Source of the DNA: a virus
Lineage: Duplodnaviria > Caudoviricetes
Reading direction: 5' to 3' (one strand)
DNA: 59,518 nucleotides
Virus record (IMG/VR): IMGVR_UViG_3300048672_000363
Span: 1-59,518 of that record
Shown here: piece by piece, positions 53,558 to 59,518 of the stretch
Position numbering within the stretch: the first letter of the stretch is position 1
Layout of the letters: the number at the start of each line of letters is the position of its first letter
Position numbers and translations under genes: made by a program
Notes under the pieces: generated by a model
The model's input: only the letters and a program-made list of their open reading frames with translations
What the model was told of the DNA's origin: nothing
Databases searched by the model: none

Positions 53558-53886
53558 CGGAGTAGAAGCATTGGCACGAACAGAACGCCCAGAACAAGGA
53601 ATTTTAGGCTTAGGCGGATCGCGTCCATCGTCAACCCGACTACGAACAGAACCATGTTCGACAGGGATTCGGCGGCGCGGGCGGCTGCTGTTTTCGCTTC
53701 TGGGGCTGGACTGAAGAGAATCCAGCCCGAAATAAAAACCGCTGCGACCAATGCCGCGATAACCAAAGCCGGTGCTATCCAGTCCGCCCCTTCCGCTTTA
53801 GTCATTTTGCACACTTGAACCCCTTGTTCAATGTGGCAACTGGTGAAGCGCGTGCCAGCTTCAAATTTATGTTGTGGGCTAGACAT
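53524..53886 (-). CDS. membrane protein
   Basis: Two to three hydrophobic segments; AAGGA RBS. Confidence 0.65.
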   Translation of the reverse strand: MSSPQHKFEAGTRFTSCHIEQGVQVCKMTKAEGADWIAPALVIAALVAAVFISGWILFSPAPEAKTAAARAAESLSNMVLFVVGLTMDAIRLSLKFLVLGVLFVPMLLLRWIDGVVKSHS

Positions 53887-54025
53887 GATCCTTTCCTTTC
53901 CGGCGTTTTGGCTCGTCTTTCAACCGCGCATCATCTTTTTTCGCCATTATTAGCAGCGCGAAAAGCGCAAACATCAAAACCGCGCCACCACCAGATAACC
54001 ACAAAATCGCTTCCATGTTCCCTCC

Positions 54026-54238
54026 TTAAATTCCAGTAGATGCCATTTGTGAATTCAGCCGATTTTTCCACGCCACCACGCAAAGCCCCTTAACCTGCTC
54101 TACCGTCGCATTAGCTGGGATGTTGACCTCGTAAATCGCGCTAGGCTGTAGCTGCTGCATCATTTCAACCTCTTCTTTATCGGTTGAAATTTCACAGTCC
54201 CCGTGCGCATCGCTTACAAAAAAAACCTTAGTAGTCAT
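54026..54238 (-). CDS. hypothetical protein
   Basis: 70 aa, directly after the large membrane gene. Confidence 0.55.
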   Translation of the reverse strand: MTTKVFFVSDAHGDCEISTDKEEVEMMQQLQPSAIYEVNIPANATVEQVKGLCVVAWKNRLNSQMASTGI

Positions 54239-54244
54239 AGCAGA

Positions 54245-56128
54245 TTATCCCTTCTTCATCTTTTCGTTAAAATCATTAACCAGCATATATGCACGCAACT
54301 TGCCAAGGTTGCCAGCAGGTCTTCCAGTCGCCTTACAAACATCAATCAACTCACCCTCTTTGCGACGTGCAATGTTTCTGAGGCACATTTTAGCAAGGCG
54401 GTCAGCGTGTGGATTGCTGCACGTTCTACCGTCACCTTTAAACACGGCATCAACGTATTCTCGCGCATATTCGCGTGTCGCTTTGGCGGTTGTATCAAGT
54501 TCGCCGGACAGAATTCTACCCTCAAAATCAGCCAAAAAAGCCATGAAATTAAACTCGACTTTTTTAGTACTGCCTAAATTTTGCGCAGATTCATTTTCTC
54601 CTACTGTGGATAACTTCTGCGCGCTTTCTTGGGTGTATTGCAGTGTTTGCGGTGCTGTGTTTTCGGCTGTGTTTTGTGTTTCGCTAGTCTGGCATTTTTG
54701 TGTTTCAGGCTGTGTTTGTGGGTACGCGTACCCAGTGACATCGGAAGACACGGGCGCAGCCATAACATTTCCGCCCCCAGCCGCGCCAAGGCTAAACAAT
54801 GTACCTAAGCCCCATTTTTTCACCTTTGTTGCACGCTGCTTTGCCAAGTTATCCACAACACCCTGTTGATAAGTATGAAATAGGTTGCTAGAGGTATGCA
54901 CGCCTTCTTTAGCTTCCATATCTTCTAATGCCTTTAGCTCTGCCAGCAATCCAGCAAGCACGCGCATAAGCGAAGCGTGACCCGCCTCGAAGAAGATAGC
55001 AAAGAGCAACATGATAAGAACTGTTGCCGTGGCGGTCTTCACCCCTAAGTTTTCATGCAATGTTTGCACCGCCGGATTGGATGACCGATCAAGCAGTACA
55101 TCTTTGCGGGCGTTGGCAGAATCAAAAGCAACTTTGCTCATTTCGATATTGTGCTTATAAAATTCCGCATCAGCAGATTTCAAAGCCGCCACTTTTGCCT
55201 CCAATTCCCGAACCTTTTGATGGGCAGAACTAACTCCCCCGTATTGCGCGCCGCACTTTAGTTTTGCCGCCATCGAGGGGGAGGGGCTAAGACAAATAGA
55301 CTTAATGGATGCAATCTCGCCATTCTTTGCCGCTATTTCAGCGGCAGACGGTGACAGCGAAGTTGCTGGGGAAAACCCGATTTTGTTTAGCTCCGCGACC
55401 TCGGATTTTTTACTGTAAATAGATTCCGCTTTGCCCTGCTGGTTTGCGGATGATGTGAATACCTCGGCGACCAAAGCCAAGATGATGAACGGGATAGCTG
55501 CTTGCCATCTAAAACCTGTCTTTGAGATGTGCAGGTAATTGATATGCTTCGCGCTTGACATAGTAATAGCCAACAAAGCAACCACTACTAGGTAGAACCA
55601 TGATCCGATAGAGCCTAATCCTGAGAAAAACAGCTCTTTGAATCGCCCCGTGTCCATCATATCGCCAACATACAAGGCATAACCAAATGCGAAATAGAGC
55701 ATCTTTGTCAGCCATTTGTGGTACTCAAATGAATTCAGCACATAGCGAATATGCTTCTTCTTTAGCTCATCAATCTTATCTTGCCGAATGATACTTGCGC
55801 GGGATGCGTTGCAAAAGTCAGCGTGCGCGGCTTGAGCCTTCGCCACCTCAAGTTCAATCTTTGCGATTGCCTCAGCTTGCTCTTGGTTCATGCCTTTGAT
55901 CGCGTCGCCGGAATCGCGCACGATAATTGAAAGCTCACGCGCAGATATGTCGATCCCCAACGAAAGGGCATCCTGACGTTTAATCCGTCCGCTTGCTTCC
56001 GCATCGCGGATTTCAGCCTTGTCTTTGTCGATTAGCTTTCTGCACAATTCAGAAAGTTCCGCGCCAGTAAGCTTTGAACTTTCAATCTGCGCATGGCTTG
56101 ATTTGATTTCCTCTAGCAGCTTTTTCAT
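54245..56128 (-). CDS. large multi-TM coiled-coil membrane protein
   Basis: 627 aa: N-terminal coiled coil, three TMs, a soluble coiled region with two Cys, a fourth TM, a Q/T/E linker and a C-terminal helical domain. Confidence 0.75.
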   Translation of the reverse strand: MKKLLEEIKSSHAQIESSKLTGAELSELCRKLIDKDKAEIRDAEASGRIKRQDALSLGIDISARELSIIVRDSGDAIKGMNQEQAEAIAKIELEVAKAQAAHADFCNASRASIIRQDKIDELKKKHIRYVLNSFEYHKWLTKMLYFAFGYALYVGDMMDTGRFKELFFSGLGSIGSWFYLVVVALLAITMSSAKHINYLHISKTGFRWQAAIPFIILALVAEVFTSSANQQGKAESIYSKKSEVAELNKIGFSPATSLSPSAAEIAAKNGEIASIKSICLSPSPSMAAKLKCGAQYGGVSSAHQKVRELEAKVAALKSADAEFYKHNIEMSKVAFDSANARKDVLLDRSSNPAVQTLHENLGVKTATATVLIMLLFAIFFEAGHASLMRVLAGLLAELKALEDMEAKEGVHTSSNLFHTYQQGVVDNLAKQRATKVKKWGLGTLFSLGAAGGGNVMAAPVSSDVTGYAYPQTQPETQKCQTSETQNTAENTAPQTLQYTQESAQKLSTVGENESAQNLGSTKKVEFNFMAFLADFEGRILSGELDTTAKATREYAREYVDAVFKGDGRTCSNPHADRLAKMCLRNIARRKEGELIDVCKATGRPAGNLGKLRAYMLVNDFNEKMKKG

Positions 56129-56131
56129 TTT

Positions 56132-56392
56132 TTACACCAAAATGGATTGCAGAAACACAACGAATGCAATTACAAGGGGTACACCTCTAAGACCTATGCG
56201 CCAATAGGTGTAGGACAGACTTGTTGAAGCAAACATAAACGCAAGCATCATGCTCGTGTGGCGACCTTCGATAGTTTTATTTATCGCTATTACCCACGCT
56301 GCTGCCAGTAGTCCAAACGCAAAGAGCCGTGCCATATTTTCATGGCTTAGATTTAAGTAGGCACGACCAGCGAACAGCTTGCGCTTAATCAT
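56132..56392 (-). CDS. small membrane protein
   Basis: Three hydrophobic segments; GGAG RBS before ATG 56392. Confidence 0.6.
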   Translation of the reverse strand: MIKRKLFAGRAYLNLSHENMARLFAFGLLAAAWVIAINKTIEGRHTSMMLAFMFASTSLSYTYWRIGLRGVPLVIAFVVFLQSILV

Positions 56393-56657
56393 TTTTCTCC
56401 ACCTGTTTTTTTGCCTTCTCTCTTTTAGCCTTGTCAGCGGCGCGTGCTGCTGCGCGGTACTTTTCAGCGATTTCAATTTGCAGACGGTCAAGTTCTTCTA
56501 ACTTGTCAGCGCGCTTTGCTTGCCATAGACCGATTAGCTCGTAGAATTGCTTGCTGTTTCGCCGCATACCAGACGCGACGAAACTGTCAATCTTTCCGTT
56601 CTCATGCACGCTGGCATGAGGGGATCGTTTGAAGCTTGGGTTTAGTTTTTTAGCCAT
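56385..56657 (-). CDS. basic coiled-coil hypothetical protein
   Basis: 90 aa with GGAG RBS, first gene after an AT-rich intergenic region. Confidence 0.65.
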   Translation of the reverse strand: MAKKLNPSFKRSPHASVHENGKIDSFVASGMRRNSKQFYELIGLWQAKRADKLEELDRLQIEIAEKYRAAARAADKAKREKAKKQVEKND

Positions 56658-56748
56658 GTTATAACTCCAAAGTGTGTAAAGTCACACTGTAGTTTATTTT
56701 GTGCATAAATCATAATTAGTTCTTTCAATACAAAAGCTTAGGCGCACA

Positions 56749-56769
56749 AAAAAGGCGACCGAAGCCGCC
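56749..56769 (-). terminator. rho-independent terminator (copy 2, identical to 53033-53053)
   Basis: The same 21-nt sequence AAAAAGGCGACCGAAGCCGCC, downstream of rdgC. Confidence 0.85.
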
Positions 56770-56791
56770 CTGATTTATGGTTGTGGTTTGC

Positions 56792-57604
56792 TTACCCGAA
56801 GAGTTTGTTAATCATCTGCGCGACAGTTCCAGCGAATACGCGGAAGTCCGTCGTAAGGTCGCCTTCGGGCTTAACGCCAATTTTTAAGCTCTTGATTAAG
56901 CCTGTAGATGTCAAGGTAAATGCCGTTGGCGCGCCGTCGTCATAAATCATTCCAAGTTCCAGCACGTCACTATGCAGCAAAACCTCATCGCTCAGTCCAA
57001 ATAGGTTGAACACCTTGTACGCAGCCCGCGAAGAATCCTCTTCGGGCGACTTGATAACCACTGAATCGCCGCGATCAAAGCCGTCCGGCAATGAAGAATC
57101 GTCGAGCATATAGCTCTTTAACTTCGCTGGCAGGTCGCCACGATTCGGCAATTCCAGACCAAGCCCGTCAACCGCACCTGAAAGGAGTTCAACCACTAAA
57201 TCGGCAACGGCAGAACTTGACGTGTCAACCATCACGCGCTTGTTTGCAATGTCCATCCATACCATAACCGTCTTGATAGAGGGTAGGGTCTTAGCCAAGA
57301 ATTCCAGCTCAACTTGCTCACACATATCGCGGATCATTCGCTTGCTTGGTTCTTGCCCTTGCAAACGCTTCTGCGCCTCGCGCTTGACGGCTTTCGCATT
57401 AACCCGCCGGGTTTGGATTTCAACAGCGGCTAGTAGGTGCTTCGCGTCGATGGACAAAAGATAATTGCCCTCATCATCAGCCGGAACGAACCCGGCTGAT
57501 TGCTTTTCTGTTTTTGGACATTCAAGGCATTTTCGCTTTTCCAGTTTTGATGCGGTCACTCCGTTCGCCCCGTTTGGTGCAAAAAGAATCGTTAGGTTTT
57601 TCAT
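56792..57604 (-). CDS. rdgC: recombination-associated protein RdgC
   Basis: MKNLTI..SAGFVP..ELEFLAKT..VMVDTSSSAVAD..ELGM..FTLT..IKSLK; divergent RdgC. Confidence 0.75.
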   Translation of the reverse strand: MKNLTILFAPNGANGVTASKLEKRKCLECPKTEKQSAGFVPADDEGNYLLSIDAKHLLAAVEIQTRRVNAKAVKREAQKRLQGQEPSKRMIRDMCEQVELEFLAKTLPSIKTVMVWMDIANKRVMVDTSSSAVADLVVELLSGAVDGLGLELPNRGDLPAKLKSYMLDDSSLPDGFDRGDSVVIKSPEEDSSRAAYKVFNLFGLSDEVLLHSDVLELGMIYDDGAPTAFTLTSTGLIKSLKIGVKPEGDLTTDFRVFAGTVAQMINKLFG

Positions 57605-57668
57605 TTTCTACCCCTCTGTTATGTGCGCCGCTAGGCGCACTGGTTATTGATAGCTAAGGTTATCAAGC

Positions 57669-58130
57669 CTAATTAAAAGGAATGTCGTCGTCGAAGTCGT
57701 CAAAATTATTTTTAGGCGCAGGTGCAGGTGCAGGGCGGCTTGCTGGTGGTCGTGCCGATCCGCCGCTTGCATTTGCATAATTCTTTCCGCTGTCCGCGCC
57801 TTCACCTTGCTTGTCTTTAGGCTTTGACACGAATTCAAAGTGAATTACGTCGCCCTTTAACGTCACTCCTCCTTTGCCATCTTTGCTCCACTCTTCGTTG
57901 TGCAAATCTTTCAGCGTCACAGAAATTCGTGCGCCCTTTTGGAGATATGGGTGCAACTTTTCAGCTTGCTTTCCCCAAAACGTGGCGACGTACCACTGTG
58001 TTGGCTTATTGCCTTCGTTGTCCTTCATGCCGTAAGGAACTGCGAGGTTTACAGCCATTACTTGCATCCCGCTTTGCGTGAAGCGAAGCTCAGGGTCTTT
58101 GCCGATTGTTCCGATAATTGTGGTTGACAT
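57669..58130 (-). CDS. ssb: single-stranded DNA-binding protein
   Basis: GTIGKDPELRFTQSG OB-fold and acidic DDFDDDIPF tail. Confidence 0.95.
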   Translation of the reverse strand: MSTTIIGTIGKDPELRFTQSGMQVMAVNLAVPYGMKDNEGNKPTQWYVATFWGKQAEKLHPYLQKGARISVTLKDLHNEEWSKDGKGGVTLKGDVIHFEFVSKPKDKQGEGADSGKNYANASGGSARPPASRPAPAPAPKNNFDDFDDDIPFN

Positions 58131-58158
58131 TCTAATTACTCCTAGTTTTGTTTCAATT

Positions 58159-58198
58159 TTAAATACGGCACACGTTCAATGTGCCGTGCTGTCATCAT
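58159..58198. repeat. 40-bp direct repeat, copy downstream of the FGE gene (contains a perfect 8-bp hairpin)
   Basis: TTAAATACGGCACACGTTCAATGTGCCGTGCTGTCATCAT, 37/40 identical to 58886-58925; stem ACGGCACA/TGTGCCGT. Confidence 0.9.
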
Positions 58199-58200
58199 TG

Positions 58201-58872
58201 CTACGGGATCGTTCTGGCAAGACGGAAGCCGCCGTTTCCGTCCCGTAACGAGGGTACACCGTAGAGGCGATACGCCGCACGCATATTACATGTCCTGCTG
58301 CTCCACGAACCGCCGCGCAGCACACGCGTATTGGAGCTTTCACCCTCCCAAGCACTGCCGTCACTTGGTGCGTCTTTGTAGTCGCTGTGATAGCCGTCTT
58401 GCACCCATTCCCATACGTTGCCACTCATGTCGTGCAGTCCCCAAGCATTGGCTTGTTTTTGTCCGACAGGGTGAGTTCGATCGCCACTGTTGCCGTCATA
58501 CCACGCCACTTGGTCGATGTCGTTGCTGCCAGCATACAAGTGATTTTCGCCGCCGCGACAGGCATATTCCCATTCCGCTTCGCTGGGTAAACGATAGGTT
58601 TTGCCGCTCAGGGCATTGAGCTTTTGGATAAATTGCTGCGCCATGTCCCAACTTACCCGCTCAACGGGACAGGTGTCACCACCATCTTGGAAGTGACTGG
58701 GGTTGTCACCCATCACCGCCCGCCATTGCGCTTGCGTCACAGGATATTTGCCGAGTTCAAAAGCGGCAATTTGCACGGGATGGGCGTTTTCACCGAAATA
58801 ACCCGCACCATCACGCTCTTTCACCCATCCCATTACGAAACTACCACTCTTAACTTTTACCATTTCAATCAT
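58201..58872 (-). CDS. formylglycine-generating-enzyme-like (SUMF1 / C-type lectin fold) protein, DGR-target-like
   Basis: YPVTQAQW, PVERVSW, YRLPSEAEWEYACRGG, NAWGLHDMSGNVWEW and RVLRGGSW..R..R..GFRLAR motifs. Confidence 0.92.
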   Translation of the reverse strand: MIEMVKVKSGSFVMGWVKERDGAGYFGENAHPVQIAAFELGKYPVTQAQWRAVMGDNPSHFQDGGDTCPVERVSWDMAQQFIQKLNALSGKTYRLPSEAEWEYACRGGENHLYAGSNDIDQVAWYDGNSGDRTHPVGQKQANAWGLHDMSGNVWEWVQDGYHSDYKDAPSDGSAWEGESSNTRVLRGGSWSSRTCNMRAAYRLYGVPSLRDGNGGFRLARTIP

Positions 58873-59060
58873 TTTGCTCTCCCTGTTAAATCCGGCATAC
58901 GCTCAATGTGCCGTGCTGTCATCATCGACTTGCGCCATGCTGTGCGCTTGCGGGCTTGTAAAAATCGCTCTAGTGCCGTTTGTGGTGCTTCTGGTGGGTA
59001 TCCGTCAGGAATAAACTCGCACCCACCATTAGGCACAAATGGGAATTTATGCGCTCGCAT
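58869..59060 (-). CDS. small hypothetical protein whose 3' end is the duplicated repeat
   Basis: 63-aa ORF between the YqaJ C-terminal part and the FGE gene, overlapping both. Confidence 0.5.
   Translation of the reverse strand: MRAHKFPFVPNGGCEFIPDGYPPEAPQTALERFLQARKRTAWRKSMMTARHIERMPDLTGRAK
58886..58925. repeat. 40-bp direct repeat, copy upstream of the FGE gene
   Basis: TTAAATCCGGCATACGCTCAATGTGCCGTGCTGTCATCAT. Confidence 0.9.
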
Positions 59061-59518
59061 TTAAAGACTCGCTGAATTTACAGAACTCAACTAGTACCGC
59101 ACGAATCTTTCCTTCTTGATCTCCAAAGTTGCGCGATTTCAAGAATTCAGCGATAACCTTTTGATGCCCAATGACTGCATTTTCTGGCGATGTTTTTTGT
59201 GCGGGTGCTTCCGCCTCCGCGCCAGCTTCTTCCTTTTGCTTTTTCGCAAGTGAATCAGCTTCGGCTTTTGCTTTGGCTTGCTCCTCGGCACGAATGCGCG
59301 CCTCTTCTTGGGCTAATTTCAATTTAGCATCAGCTTCGGCTTTTGCTTTGGCTTCTGCTTCAATCCGTACCAAGTCATCTGCACGTTGCTTTTCAATCGC
59401 CGCATCCGCATCCGCAATTCGCGTTTTGATGGTCAATGTGAAATCATCCATTGTCTTTGCGATAATTTGCGCCAAGTCAGGGAAAAGATTGCTGCGACCA
59501 GCCGCGTTTTCTTTGCAC
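59047..59518 (-). CDS. C-terminal coiled-coil part of the YqaJ-family protein (enters from the window end)
   Basis: Open frame from the edge: CKENAAGRSNLFPDLAQIIAK..RIAD..EEARIRAEEQAKA, typical of the tails of long YqaJ proteins. Confidence 0.7.
   Translation of the reverse strand, partial: CKENAAGRSNLFPDLAQIIAKTMDDFTLTIKTRIADADAAIEKQRADDLVRIEAEAKAKAEADAKLKLAQEEARIRAEEQAKAKAEADSLAKKQKEEAGAEAEAPAQKTSPENAVIGHQKVIAEFLKSRNFGDQEGKIRAVLVEFCKFSESLNASA

Noticed and set aside
58201-58872. Active formylglycine-generating enzyme as an auxiliary metabolic gene
   Set aside because: The catalytic Cys pair region of true FGE is not evident and no sulfatase is present; a binding CLec-fold protein fits better.
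1-59518. Complete DGR, retron, CRISPR-Cas locus or alternative genetic code
   Set aside because: No RT-like or cas-like ORF recognised. Core genes are full length under the standard code, and no suppressor tRNA was seen.

Overview
The window is an essentially complete ~59.5-kb genome of a tailed dsDNA phage with a podovirus-like layout reminiscent of F116/Bcep22-type phages. It is opened inside a YqaJ exonuclease gene whose two halves sit at the two window ends. The + strand arm (2.4-43.3 kb) carries a Cro-like gene, two clusters of tRNA/tRNA-like and other structured RNAs, a DUF1376 replication initiator with an internal ori-like repeat block, and packaging and head genes (TerS, PBSX-type TerL, portal, scaffold, DUF4043/N4-gp56-like capsid). 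It continues with tail and ejection genes, a 4107-aa DarB-like polyvalent protein (N6-adenine MTase + SNF2 helicase + metallopeptidase-like motif + LPD38-like C-terminus), a tail fibre, holin/spanin-like genes and an HNH nuclease. The - strand arm (43.3-59.5 kb, continuing at 1-2.3 kb) carries recombination genes (YqaJ, RecT-like, SSB, RdgC, RusA, Ref-like), two more methyltransferases and many small accessory genes. I recognise no integrase, CI-type repressor, endolysin, reverse transcriptase or CRISPR array. Best leads: (1) a protein-like 90-aa gene with its own RBS overprinted in the +1 frame inside the giant polyvalent gene, just before the MTase domain; (2) an FGE/C-type-lectin gene with DGR variable-region codon signatures and a 3' hairpin, bracketed by 40-bp direct repeats, with no RT or template repeat visible; (3) ncRNA arrays in which three of four tRNA-like elements are non-canonical, with GAATTC-centred palindromes flanking one of them; (4) a secreted RlpA-like protein lacking the catalytic Asp in a phage with no obvious endolysin. 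All family assignments come from recognising motifs by eye, not from database searches.
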